Virus record (IMG/VR): IMGVR_UViG_3300031992_000091
Location: 1,086-65,085 of that record
Reading direction: 5' to 3' (one strand)
From: a virus
Taxonomy: Duplodnaviria; Caudoviricetes
Length of the DNA stretch: 64,000 nt
How positions within the stretch are numbered: position 1 is the first letter of the stretch; each line of letters opens with the position of its first letter. This document shows positions 50,901 to 59,325 of the stretch, one piece after another. The translations under genes and the position numbers were made by a program. The notes under the pieces are model-generated. The model was not told where the DNA came from, searched no databases, and saw only the letters and a program-made list of their open reading frames with translations.

Positions 50901-52134
50901 TTTTCCCAGTAAATTCGGCAAATTTATTGGTTATATCAACAATGTTTTTAGCAGTAATCGGAGGAAAAACAAGAGTGATTGCATCTTTTAACGGCTTAAG
51001 AACGTTTCCAAAAATATGAAAAACATTCGTAAGACCTTCGATGAGTTTTGCTCTTCCACCAAGGTCTTTCCATCCCTGAAGAACAGTGTTTCTGGCGTCC
51101 GAGAACTTTCCTATGAATCCACTAAGAACATCGTTTATACTCGTCCAAAATTCGGTAGCTTCTTCCATGTTACCGAATATAATTTCCCATGTCTGTGCCC
51201 ATCCGGAACCAACGGCTTCCTTTAGAGCATCCATCATTGCCGAGAATGTTCTTACCTCTGTTGCGGCTTTTGTAGCTCTTGCGCCAACGTCAGTTGTCTC
51301 ATCGGCATATCGTCCAAGAGTGGTGGTAAGAACATCGGTTGTCATCCACTGATGAGCAAGTGAATCGTTAAACCCTTTTGTAGCGTTAAAAGCCTGCGAA
51401 GTTTTACCCTGCATGTCGGTGGTTGTTGAAATATAATCGTCGCCAGACTTTTTCAACGTGCCCAACTCAACAGCAGTTTTAATTAATTCTTCTTTGAAAT
51501 CTTTTGTAGCCATATTGGCATTTTCAATAGATTTCCAGTCAATAAGTTTTACAGAACCTGCCGACAAAGCCTGGGCAAAGTTATACATTGCTCTAGACGC
51601 GTCGTTAGTGCTTGCCCCAGCAAGAGCGGCTTCGTTAGCAATACCCTTAATAGCGTTTACAGATGTTTCAAGGTCAACACCAGCATTAGTAAATTTACCG
51701 ATACTGGCAGTCATGTCTGAAAACGAATAAATAGTTTGGTCAGAGTATTTGTTCAGTTCGTTAAGGTATTTATTTACCTCTTCTAGAGAGGAATGTGAAC
51801 TCTCCATAATGACTTTAAGAGAGTTCATTTTGAGTTCATACTCTTTAAAACCATCGGAAGGCGGATTGAAGACAAATGCATTAGCTATCTTCTGTCCTGT
51901 ATCCACAGCAAGATTGACCATCCTATGACAAATAGTATCCCATATGCCGCCCATTCCGGTGACTTTATCTGTAATCTTTTCAATGTTTGACGCTATTCCA
52001 GAAAGATCAACCTTTCCAAAATTCAAAGCATTTTTAAGATTAGCGATCGTGCTCAAAGAGGTTTGCACGTTCTTTTCAAATGATGCATTATCGAATTGCA
52101 TCTTTACAACGCGTTCGTCAATAGTGTTGCTCAC
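44992..52134 (-). CDS. Tape measure protein (~2380 aa)
   Basis: Very long helical ORF with an N-terminal tape-measure domain, a hydrophobic C-terminal half and the canonical position; GTG start. Confidence 0.95.
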   Translation of the reverse strand: MSNTIDERVVKMQFDNASFEKNVQTSLSTIANLKNALNFGKVDLSGIASNIEKITDKVTGMGGIWDTICHRMVNLAVDTGQKIANAFVFNPPSDGFKEYELKMNSLKVIMESSHSSLEEVNKYLNELNKYSDQTIYSFSDMTASIGKFTNAGVDLETSVNAIKGIANEAALAGASTNDASRAMYNFAQALSAGSVKLIDWKSIENANMATKDFKEELIKTAVELGTLKKSGDDYISTTTDMQGKTSQAFNATKGFNDSLAHQWMTTDVLTTTLGRYADETTDVGARATKAATEVRTFSAMMDALKEAVGSGWAQTWEIIFGNMEEATEFWTSINDVLSGFIGKFSDARNTVLQGWKDLGGRAKLIEGLTNVFHIFGNVLKPLKDAITLVFPPITAKNIVDITNKFAEFTGKIREATEFFPMKIFGDKDTKGFDTEAQHLEKFAEKSSTLGKTATSVSKETKKAAEEITKDWSKVREAAKAVINGDYGNDSYRKDSLKKAGFDPDEIQAYVDKVHELSNGTWDLSDKTLAAVEKSLGSVEKTGEGAKKASDKATDATKKTGEEAEKTADKVAESTKKTATAEEEANATIQRTMNEWRDKTMEITDAGNLLTFSIANGMSGVINLFKSVGKVLGVFGKAWGDSFSGVTITMDHLVMLDEAMGNFVNKMSISEGSLNKFYDVFKSIFTVVKSVRDSIVKMAISALPVLLNVVTNAITVGGNVLSVIGTIIGSIAEFVNKTQLIQNVFSGLSFVLKEVGSALSFVLNVIGYLSGVISSAVKYVATYINNWHTMEFIGYRVAAAFRKLKGAYVDLKNQLTKKLGFTNFDEFTEKADKVVEKLKGFLIPAFQGFMGIINDFARGRTISFDFFKGFKGGSIFSGLIDFTKEQGLGKKIMAFYNVVRIKLGNIVNSFKKLFIKKQTPLDILGRLIPYKKEQTFAQKLFAFYQVVAKNLKDILSSFVGIFIIKKKKDGFLEGMIPLKKEHESVSKIINFFNKARELIHNAISGMVEKLAESSSNSKTINLASAIGSVGGLSDVKKASKDSEKPLNNLLNSVKNVKTSLSNIDLGEAFKKAFSFLKEKAIPTGIDFLCDAFGRFEMFVAKLDFKKLLLAAKTLLTVSRIFNGIKLAKSFSGMADSIGGFFDSIGNKFGKAQESKTTSLIKIAASIALVAKAISMIASIPEDRLDSSVGVVAGIAVVLSGLAIALGKIKSTEGSDLGGATKYAISMAVSVLLIAKAIATIGAIDKTQLRAAEEAIAVVALVLTAATIALSRTKGTSMASVAGPIGFALALHKLAKTIAFIGDIPDETLKKGEKNISKIGRALAVAMVAIGMAKLTPSAVFAPLAFAVAVFILATQVIALGMLPFKTLLKGAGVIKFLENTIKSAMTGLGKAKIDPGVVAAPLAFAAGVFVLGRTVAKLGKLDLGTLAKGIVAVGFIAAILVGTMKLLTMATKDASLDSSILKGMVVSAASIFILGYTVARLGKLDAGTLAKGIVAVGFIAAILSAVVIIVSKYATVINPSVIAHMIATAFAISILAVTVALVGLAPLKNILKGIVVVGAVASVLVATLMFIRFAKINKSAIVGLIPVVLAIVTLSITAALIGLVPLGNLLKGTLVVGAMAALIIAAMTLLTRTSISISAIFGIIAFVLAINELAMVVLALGVIPKAVLLKGLGVVLALGAVLTASLFLIGNSSMDPTKVVAIIAFMASIQALCFSVLSIGVLPISVIAKGLGVITALAVIIDASLKLIGNTNFGVIDIVAPLALVGAILILAFAVVKIGSIDLGTLAKGLGAIGLITAGLVIALRELSAIMGQLILMNTAIPALMAFVAVIGVLSYVVTVLGKMTVGDLGKGLGGLVVIVATMVIAFKLLSAISPDILIVSAAFMVFGIAASFIGDAFIKVSTALLIFTQALLMFTAIKSEEQFAGLAAGLATLSTVLIVFIGIVVGFVAILAIFPALIVPLMAFAGAMLMIGAGLYLLVSAIEKFIAISGQIGNAIVNAISSIINSAGQILSLIGDAISKAIQYIVQNAPVFMEKAGGLIKAAVSGIAKNGPNIVKKVGEFISNAVKWIQKNLPKWLSAGKDLILKLVAGIAAIAPKIPGKVLELLSKGISAIQKNLPKWLSMGKELISKLIMGLISLAGKIASEAGKLAKKALQAIKNKVGEWKQVGKDMASGLAKGIMSKASQIAEKAKSLVKGAIDAAKKKLDSNSPSKVFIKIGEDIDNGLLIGIDNNARKAASRSRVMAERVMLAAKKPLDTLADLLSGDIVTDPTITPTMDLSEIQNDTRKLYSMMSDMDRLSFNGNITLADNTNRSVTADQRRKEQSENDTMSALINAINGLSALIGNTGNVYNVNGVTYDDGSNVSSAVRSLIRAAKIEGRA

Positions 52135-52505
52135 TTGCAAACCTCCTTCCACACGTCATTTAATATTTCGTCAAAAATAGGCTGGATAGCAGGATTAATG
52201 TAATCTCGCCCTTCTATCCAGCCACCAGTTCCAGTCCCATGTCCATATTGCAGTATTATTGCAATAGGAACACCCTGGTTAACATTTCTATTACAAAACT
52301 CAATAGAGACAGAACCGCCATCTCTATTAATTTTGTAATACCATGCTCCAGCCGTATTACCTGTGTCATACGGAGTAGCAGAAGCCAATGCATCAACGCC
52401 TCGTTTTCCGTACTTATCGAGGTCGCTTAGCCCAAAGACTCCTTTTAAATTATTCAGAAAACTAGTAAGTTTTGAGAAATCACCCTTTTGTTCAAAAGAG
52501 ATCAT
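52131..52505 (-). CDS. HK97 gp10-like tail component
   Basis: TPYDTG...W...I.LQYGHGT motif. Confidence 0.7.
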   Translation of the reverse strand: MISFEQKGDFSKLTSFLNNLKGVFGLSDLDKYGKRGVDALASATPYDTGNTAGAWYYKINRDGGSVSIEFCNRNVNQGVPIAIILQYGHGTGTGGWIEGRDYINPAIQPIFDEILNDVWKEVCK

Positions 52506-52508
52506 GTT

Positions 52509-53060
52509 CTACCCCCTAGTTTTATACTTCTGTCTTCTGGCGGCATTAAGAGCACGTCTTTGTGCAGCCATGTCAACGCCTTTTGTCTTCTTTTTGTCGG
52601 GATTATTCTTTTCGGCGCAAACGCGAAGCAAAGTCATCAATTTGTTTAAATGCCAATGCTCATATTCGGAAGGAATGTTGTACGTAGTCATCCAGTAATA
52701 GATAATCTCTGCTGTGATGATTTCTCGTTTTCCGGTACGTCGTTTATTAGTGTCGTTAAACCACGTTGCCGTATTAGAATCACCAATATAATCCATAATC
52801 TCTTTAACATTTTCTTCCGTTATGCAATAAAATAGATTCGGATCAACATTTTCTGTTAGGCACATACATCGTATGTAGTCAATGTTCTGCTCAAAGGTCT
52901 TTTCTTTCCGGTCGTCGTGAAACGGTATGTGCCATTTGGCCTCCCATTTTGAAACCGCGGCGAGACTATGCTCAAGATCTATACTGACTTCGTCAACATG
53001 AATAAATATTTCTCTAACTGGATCCCACAGATCGCGTTCAGGGATTAGCAGGTGTAACAA
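52509..53060 (-). CDS. Tail assembly chaperone 2
   Basis: IIYYWM...IP.EYE.WHLNKL.TL; TTG start with AAGGTG RBS. Confidence 0.6.
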   Translation of the reverse strand: MLHLLIPERDLWDPVREIFIHVDEVSIDLEHSLAAVSKWEAKWHIPFHDDRKEKTFEQNIDYIRCMCLTENVDPNLFYCITEENVKEIMDYIGDSNTATWFNDTNKRRTGKREIITAEIIYYWMTTYNIPSEYEHWHLNKLMTLLRVCAEKNNPDKKKTKGVDMAAQRRALNAARRQKYKTRG

Positions 53061-53493
53061 AATCCATCACCTTACTTCCGGTGAGCTTTGTCTGTTCGGC
53101 AATGATCGCATCGATCTTGTCGGAGGCTTCGCTCTTCTTCACAGATGCTACAATACCATTGATGAATGCTCCCGCCTCATCGGGATGCTCGATGAAATAC
53201 CATACAAATTCATCATAAGCCGCGGACGATCTGAACTCTTTGTAATGACGTTCGTCTTTGTCGAATCCGCCAGAAGGAGTTCTTACGCCGTACGATTCTT
53301 TGATGAACTGCTCGAAGAAGAGATAAGCCTGGTTTGCATCCTTTGTATCGATCATCTTACGAAGTCGATCTTCCCATCCCCCTTCTTCGCTTGCTTCCAA
53401 GCGCATAAGATCTGTTCTGGACATGTTGAACCAAAAAGTTTCCTCTTTTTCTACGCCGAAATAGTCAACATACTTAACTGTTCTGCTAATCAT
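53038..53493 (-). CDS. Tail assembly chaperone 1
   Basis: Position between the major tail and tape measure genes. Confidence 0.6.
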   Translation of the reverse strand: MISRTVKYVDYFGVEKEETFWFNMSRTDLMRLEASEEGGWEDRLRKMIDTKDANQAYLFFEQFIKESYGVRTPSGGFDKDERHYKEFRSSAAYDEFVWYFIEHPDEAGAFINGIVASVKKSEASDKIDAIIAEQTKLTGSKVMDFVTPANP

Positions 53494-53585
53494 TTGGTAC
53501 TCCTTTCAAGTGAAAAAATAAAAGGCTACTCAGATCTCGTCCAAGTAGCCCTAAAAATTCGTTATTTTGAAAAACTAATCTTAGA

Positions 53586-54272
53586 TCAAGTTGCGTCGAG
53601 AATAGCCTTGATAGCGTCGAAGCTAGGAAGGGAAGCATCTGTACCCTGCCCCTGACCTTCACCGGCAATACCATACAGAAGATTCTCGATCTGAGTAAGC
53701 TTGCCTTCCGGGATAGTTGTGGAATCAATAACCATGCAAGCTGTAGGCTGGAATCCTGTAGCAGCAACCGGAAGAGTAGATACAGACCAAGAGAAGGTCT
53801 TCTGCTCAGGACTGTCGTTAATTGTAGAGTTGCTATCCTCAGATGCACCAGCGATGCAATCCCAGAAGATGTGAAGCTTATAGCCGTGGTCGGTACCAAC
53901 GGTATCATTACCGATCATAGTACGATATGCAAGGCCAAAATGCTTATGAGACTGCTGCTTGATAACAGCTCCTGTGCCAACATTGGCTTCACCGATGCAC
54001 TCTGCATACTCATCGGGATAGGTAAATGCTTCGATCGTAAGAGCATCTTCCTCAGGACTCATGAGAATGCCGTATACGATGTTGTCAGCATAGATTTTAG
54101 TAGGCTCCGCGCCGGATGGAGACTCGTTAATAGCTGTGATGCCGCTCCAAGCGACGCCAGCGGCATAGCCACCAGAAGAGTTCATAGGAAACAGAACAGT
54201 GCGATCTACACCTGTCTCCCACAGCTTTTCACCAACTTTGTCCCATACAAGTTTAGGCTTAGTATTAGGCAT
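53586..54272 (-). CDS. Major tail protein
   Basis: KLVWDKVGEKLWETGVDR...AWSG...ESPSGAE...YADN; downstream terminator. Confidence 0.85.
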   Translation of the reverse strand: MPNTKPKLVWDKVGEKLWETGVDRTVLFPMNSSGGYAAGVAWSGITAINESPSGAEPTKIYADNIVYGILMSPEEDALTIEAFTYPDEYAECIGEANVGTGAVIKQQSHKHFGLAYRTMIGNDTVGTDHGYKLHIFWDCIAGASEDSNSTINDSPEQKTFSWSVSTLPVAATGFQPTACMVIDSTTIPEGKLTQIENLLYGIAGEGQGQGTDASLPSFDAIKAILDAT

Positions 54273-54283
54273 AATATTTCTCC

Positions 54284-54601
54284 TTATACAAATAATCTGA
54301 ACACGTCGTGGTTTAAATTGTCAGCGATATAGGATCTGTCATACATAATGTGCGGTATTGTAGAAACCCGTTCGACAATCTCGCTATCAGGATCTCTATC
54401 AATAACCGTAATGGTATAAGACACAGCTTGTTTATAGACAATGTTATCGGCTGACGTATTTTCTATTCTGTTCCGACTATATTGTATAGCCGGATACTTC
54501 ATTTTTACTGACTCTGGGGGTTGAAAATATACATTTCTACTTCCGAGTTTTTCACAAAGAAGTTCGTGTAATGCCAGACGATCATTAATCATCTTCGCCA
54601 T
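54284..54601 (-). CDS. Tail terminator / completion protein
   Basis: NVYFQPP...YPAI.Y motif. Confidence 0.7.
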   Translation of the reverse strand: MAKMINDRLALHELLCEKLGSRNVYFQPPESVKMKYPAIQYSRNRIENTSADNIVYKQAVSYTITVIDRDPDSEIVERVSTIPHIMYDRSYIADNLNHDVFRLFV

Positions 54602-54908
54602 TATACACACCTCCTAATGTCAGAATCAGTCTTGGATACTGCGGTTCTACCGATGTCGCTTTCCATTTTGCGCCCATATATTCCGCATATTTAATACTGT
54701 GAAAGTTTTGATATGCAAAGGGGTCGGCAACGATGCTGAGAGTCATGTTAATATTCAGATCGTCGTTGACTTTACCACCGTTTTCTAAACGGCGTGAGTT
54801 CCTCACGATTTCGCCATAATATTCTCCCTCGGTAATTTTAAGCAAGCTAACACCAGGTCGAATTTCCTCAGTTACACCGAAGCCGATTTTTCCAAAATAT
54901 TTGCTCAT
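54585..54908 (-). CDS. Head-closure / head-tail adaptor
   Basis: Position; KWK.TSVE..YPRLILTLG. Confidence 0.65.
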   Translation of the reverse strand: MSKYFGKIGFGVTEEIRPGVSLLKITEGEYYGEIVRNSRRLENGGKVNDDLNINMTLSIVADPFAYQNFHSIKYAEYMGAKWKATSVEPQYPRLILTLGGVYNGEDD

Positions 54909-54930
54909 TTTGAAATCCCCTTTGATTTAC

Positions 54931-55278
54931 TCAAGTCTCGGAATCGGTCGTTTCTTCCGGAGTAGTATCCACAGCAACCCACTCACCTTCGACAACACCA
55001 AGAACTTTACCATTGTCGGTAGAACTAACCGAAGGAAGCTCCGTTGGTGCATCAATAACATCCCACACTCCATTGGCAACGCCAAGGATTTTTCCGTTAT
55101 CAGAAGCACTCACGGCAGGAAGCTCAAGAACATTAATCACGATGCTTCCTTCTTCGACCGCAGTCTGGAAAGACTCTGCAATCTGAAACAGTAGAGCCTT
55201 CTCGGTCTTTTCGGTGGTCGTCTGCCCGAATGCTGTAAGAATTGCTTTCAGGGCGTCTTTCTTTGTTGTGTTAGACAT
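54931..55278 (-). CDS. Hypothetical head-associated protein
   Basis: Two ELP.VS..DNGK.LGV..G.W repeats; immediately after the capsid gene. Confidence 0.55.
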   Translation of the reverse strand: MSNTTKKDALKAILTAFGQTTTEKTEKALLFQIAESFQTAVEEGSIVINVLELPAVSASDNGKILGVANGVWDVIDAPTELPSVSSTDNGKVLGVVEGEWVAVDTTPEETTDSET

Positions 55279-55293
55279 AGGAGCACCTCCTTA

Positions 55294-57183
55294 TCAGTTT
55301 CCAGATACGGGCTCTTCGATAACGATGAAGGAATACAGACCCATTGTAGCGCCAGACAGACGAGTCTCGATCAGGGAGATCAGCTGGTTGAAGCGGATAT
55401 CGAAATCAGTGAAGTGAGTGATCTCGCCACCCTTTGTGCTGCCGACACCATAGTCTTTCATGTTACCAATGATGCAAAGAAGCTTGTGCTGATTGCCCTG
55501 GGCGTCGGTTCTGATCCGGTTCTTGAACTGCTGTACACGATGGATAGAACCAACGTTCAGTTCGCTTGCCAGCTCGTTAATATTGCTGCGAATTCTGCGG
55601 CCGTTACGATCACGAGCCTGCATGAGTTTGTTGAGCATCCAAGGATCGATGTACATATCAGGAGTACCGGTACCCATGAAATCGATGAATACATCCTGAA
55701 CTGCTGCGATCAGAGCCTCGGTATAGATAAAGTTATCACTGAAGTAAGAACCGGTCTCAGTACCCTGGATCTCAGTACGAGCAGCCTCAATGTCAATGTC
55801 TTTGTGAATTGTGTAAAGATCATCGTCAGTCCAGATAGGACGAATATGAGTAGGATAGATCTTACCCTTTGCACCGTTTTGACGACCGTCGCCAAGCAGG
55901 ATCGCAGTTGCCAGCTCCTGCTCAAGCTGCATACGGTCGATGTTGTACTGCCACTGTACATAATCGAAATCAGTGATATCGATAACGTCATCTCTCTCGA
56001 GCTCGGACTCAACATAGATGGTCTGAGGATCGGTCTCTCTACGCATCAGCTCATAGTTTCCGACGAAATCTTTCTGCTGGCCCTTCTGATATCCTCTTGC
56101 GCGAAGATCATCGTGGTTGCCGTTAACGTTTCTGATGTCAACGTGGCGAGTTCTTACACGGCTGTAAGGAAGCTTGGTTGTTCCGTTAATAATGGAAGAA
56201 ACCCAACTCTGATCATCGGTCAGAAGCTGTGGGGTCTTGGGGCCATGAAGCTGGTATTCAGGAAACAGCCAGGTGATGTTGCCGTCAACGGTAGTATCCT
56301 GATTGAAGCCGCTGCTGGTCAGACCATCGTGAACCAGCTCGAGGTTGTTCTGTGCAAGATAGCCGTTGAAGGTATCTCTGAAGGACGCATTGGTATTCTT
56401 TGCTGAAACAACGATCTCATTGAGATCAGAGTGAGTGAGAACGTCGCCCTGCTGCTGTGCATCCTGATCGAATACGTTGTGTTTCATATTTTCTTTCTCC
56501 TCGTCTTTATCGTCTTTATCACCACCCTCTTTGGCATCTTCGATAGCAGCGCCAACAAGAGCGTAAACGACTTTTTTCTGTTTTTCGTTCATTGTTTCAA
56601 ACACATCTTTGATGGTTTCCTCGCCATCATCGGTGTCTTTTTCTTCGGACTCGGGTTTTGTGTCCTCTTTCTTTGTAGAATCTTCAGCCACTTTCTTCTC
56701 CTTTTCGTCGGCATGATAGAGCTCAAAGTTTTCACCCATAAAAATAACGGCCTCATCGACCGTTTCACTTCCGTCATCGGAATGGGTTACACTTTTCGGC
56801 TCAATGAATGCTCCAGGATTCGCACCAGCAAGAACGATGCTTACTTCGCGGATCTTGCCATGAACAACATCAGAACCATTCTGCTTCAGACGATTTGCGT
56901 AAATAGAAAGTCCAGTAATATCGCCATGTGCAATAAGTGCTTTAGCAAGTTTGCCGTTTTCAACATCCATGTTGAGGTAGCAATTACTGAACACGCCATC
57001 AGGACGATTAATCAGCTCTGCGTGGCCGATAACAGCGTCTAGGTTGTCGTGATCATGGTTGTACACAAGAGGTACTGTTTGACCATCGCAATCTTTAAAA
57101 GCATCTTTTCTGATGATTCTTCCATCGGAGCACAAAACGTCATTGCGAGTTACATACCCGCAAAAGTCAGGTTTCCTCGACAT
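55294..57183 (-). CDS. Prohead protease - major capsid protein fusion (HK97 fold)
   Basis: N-terminal VPLVYNHDH...GLSIY...REVSIV..GANPGA protease, acidic linker, then a capsid domain starting MKHNVFD. Confidence 0.85.
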   Translation of the reverse strand: MSRKPDFCGYVTRNDVLCSDGRIIRKDAFKDCDGQTVPLVYNHDHDNLDAVIGHAELINRPDGVFSNCYLNMDVENGKLAKALIAHGDITGLSIYANRLKQNGSDVVHGKIREVSIVLAGANPGAFIEPKSVTHSDDGSETVDEAVIFMGENFELYHADEKEKKVAEDSTKKEDTKPESEEKDTDDGEETIKDVFETMNEKQKKVVYALVGAAIEDAKEGGDKDDKDEEKENMKHNVFDQDAQQQGDVLTHSDLNEIVVSAKNTNASFRDTFNGYLAQNNLELVHDGLTSSGFNQDTTVDGNITWLFPEYQLHGPKTPQLLTDDQSWVSSIINGTTKLPYSRVRTRHVDIRNVNGNHDDLRARGYQKGQQKDFVGNYELMRRETDPQTIYVESELERDDVIDITDFDYVQWQYNIDRMQLEQELATAILLGDGRQNGAKGKIYPTHIRPIWTDDDLYTIHKDIDIEAARTEIQGTETGSYFSDNFIYTEALIAAVQDVFIDFMGTGTPDMYIDPWMLNKLMQARDRNGRRIRSNINELASELNVGSIHRVQQFKNRIRTDAQGNQHKLLCIIGNMKDYGVGSTKGGEITHFTDFDIRFNQLISLIETRLSGATMGLYSFIVIEEPVSGN

Positions 57184-58435
57184 TTTGATTTTCTCCTTTA
57201 TCTACTGTTTCTTTAGTTTCAGGTTGTTCTTCCGCACCCTTGTCTGTGCTTTCGACCGTATCCACATTCGGGTTGGTTAGCTTATCAGCATTAGGATCGT
57301 TGGACGGTTTCATGCCGATAATCTGTCTCGCCTCATTAGAAGTCATGACTCGGTTTGTGATCATTGTTCCAAGCATTTCAGAAAGCTTGTCAAGAGGAAC
57401 CAATCTAAACTGGTCTCTATAGTAGGCAATTGTCTGCCCTCTGGTTCTAGCATTCTGAGTAAGGAACTTCCTTTTCATCTCATCAGAAATAGCAGCCAAG
57501 ATCGGCTCAATAGTTCTGGTATAGTAATTGAGCATGGTTTCTGGAGTAGCCGTACCATCCATAATCTCCTTGGTTATTCCAAGCTGACTGTAAAGAAGAC
57601 CAGTAAGGAATTCGATCTGCCCAAGAAGCGTGTTGTCCAAAGGACGGTTAAGCTGAAACACATGCTCTGCAGAATCTGTATAAGCTATTCCGAATCGAGA
57701 GTTAGAAAGCTGTTCTTCAATGCTGGCTATGTTCTTTTGTGCTCTGTCTCTAAGGCGATCTCTGCTCGTACCATAAGGCAACTGAATGAGCATGTTGAGT
57801 TTGTCAGAACCATTACGTTCGTCGATAAAATCCAAAAGAGACAGTTTTCGCATAAGACGTTTAGCGGTTGAGTTCGGTTCGTTAACCACCGCATAAAGAG
57901 GATTTTCGACAATAGCGACCATACGCTTTTGGTAAACGACCTCTTCTTTTTTGCCAGTGAATTCGTTGTATAGTTCGACACGAACCATAGACGGATACCA
58001 CTGTACAATTCTACCAGCCCTAATGTTTTCGATCCCGTAGGAGTCGGATTTGGTTGGATCGTCATCTGTAACTATTGGGCAAATAGCGACGCAACCCTCA
58101 TCCATCATGGACGCGACGACATCCTGAATAAACGCTCGGCCTGTCTGATCCAGATTGGCATCCAGCGTTAAACAGTTATTTAATCCTGAGAGAATATCTT
58201 TCTCATAGCGTCCATCTTTATCTAGCTGAACGTGTTTAAGGCCTATAGATGCCACATCTAGAGATATTCTATTAAATACAGATGTGACGATGGATCTATC
58301 GTTTCCTCGTGTGTAGTGTGTTCTATCCGGTCGATGATAATAGGAAGAACCAAAATCGTATTCTGGAGTAGGATCTTTATTGAAGAACGCGTTCCAAGCC
58401 TGTTTGAACCTGGAACCTATTGAAAAGTCCGGCAT
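57167..58435 (-). CDS. Portal protein (HK97 family)
   Basis: FNRISLDVASI, CLTLDAN..QT.RAF, P...I...M..K.L motifs and position. Confidence 0.85.
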   Translation of the reverse strand: MPDFSIGSRFKQAWNAFFNKDPTPEYDFGSSYYHRPDRTHYTRGNDRSIVTSVFNRISLDVASIGLKHVQLDKDGRYEKDILSGLNNCLTLDANLDQTGRAFIQDVVASMMDEGCVAICPIVTDDDPTKSDSYGIENIRAGRIVQWYPSMVRVELYNEFTGKKEEVVYQKRMVAIVENPLYAVVNEPNSTAKRLMRKLSLLDFIDERNGSDKLNMLIQLPYGTSRDRLRDRAQKNIASIEEQLSNSRFGIAYTDSAEHVFQLNRPLDNTLLGQIEFLTGLLYSQLGITKEIMDGTATPETMLNYYTRTIEPILAAISDEMKRKFLTQNARTRGQTIAYYRDQFRLVPLDKLSEMLGTMITNRVMTSNEARQIIGMKPSNDPNADKLTNPNVDTVESTDKGAEEQPETKETVDKGENQNVEET

Positions 58436-58449
58436 TTTGAATTCTCCCT

Positions 58450-59325
58450 TTACTTTCTAGTGGCCTGTTTATAAGCTGTATAGAAACCAAGTATTGATGC
58501 GCCAACACCAGCAAGAGCTCCAGCGGTTTCTATATACTCCATTGTCTTTGATCGCCCAGAATTGTATTGTTTCTTAGCGACGTTGCGAAATGCTTCTTCC
58601 GCCTGGTATCGGTTAACGTAATCTCTAAGTTCTTTCTCCGAGTAATGAGAGAGATCAAGAGACGCTGCCTTTTGCTCAGCCTTTCGCTCATTGGATTTTT
58701 CCATCATGTTGACAATTCCGGTAGAAGCTCCTTTAGTAGCGTCTAAAGCGGATTTGGTCAAGTTTAACCTGGCGTTAAGCTTTTCGTTATACTTGGCCAT
58801 TTTGTTGTCGTATTCGGCTTTCTCGGCATTAAAGTTCTTGTTTTCGTAGTCATAAATGCCTTTAGCTCTATTAAATTTTTGATAAGACTCGGTGCTGGTC
58901 ATAACGTCTTCTGGCACTTTTGGTCGTTCTGGTGCTTTCTTTGTAAAAGCTTCGGGTTTATCCACTTTGTTGTTATTCAACTTGTATAAAGCTGCCGCGC
59001 TACCAGCAATACCAGCAATACCAGCCAATCCAGCAAGTTCTGATACTCGACCTCTACCTGCAGATTTTGTGTTATCACCGGTCATTTGCCTAAATCTGGC
59101 GTTAAGATCATTCGGATTAACAGGCTCATCCGTTGTAGCTCGTTCAACAGTTGGAGTTTTCTTTTTAACAAGAAATCCGCCACGTTCTGATTTGGTGGCT
59201 TTCCTCTGAGCCTTATCAACTCGTTTTTGTCCTAATTTTGTAAGTGATCCGTCCTTATTTTGGAATCGCCTTACACCCCATCGCTGACCTTTAATGCCAT
59301 GATGGTAAAGTTCATCGTAATACAT
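58450..59325 (-). CDS. HHG-tag protein 1 (putative internal head protein)
   Basis: MYYDELYHHGIKGQRWGVRRFQNKDGSLT N-terminus, then a low-complexity helical body. Confidence 0.6.
   Translation of the reverse strand: MYYDELYHHGIKGQRWGVRRFQNKDGSLTKLGQKRVDKAQRKATKSERGGFLVKKKTPTVERATTDEPVNPNDLNARFRQMTGDNTKSAGRGRVSELAGLAGIAGIAGSAAALYKLNNNKVDKPEAFTKKAPERPKVPEDVMTSTESYQKFNRAKGIYDYENKNFNAEKAEYDNKMAKYNEKLNARLNLTKSALDATKGASTGIVNMMEKSNERKAEQKAASLDLSHYSEKELRDYVNRYQAEEAFRNVAKKQYNSGRSKTMEYIETAGALAGVGASILGFYTAYKQATRK

Noticed and set aside
53030-53075. Programmed -1 frameshift between the tail chaperones
   Set aside because: The second ORF is in the +1 frame, has its own AAGGTG RBS and TTG start, and no X XXY YYZ slippery site was found at the overlap.
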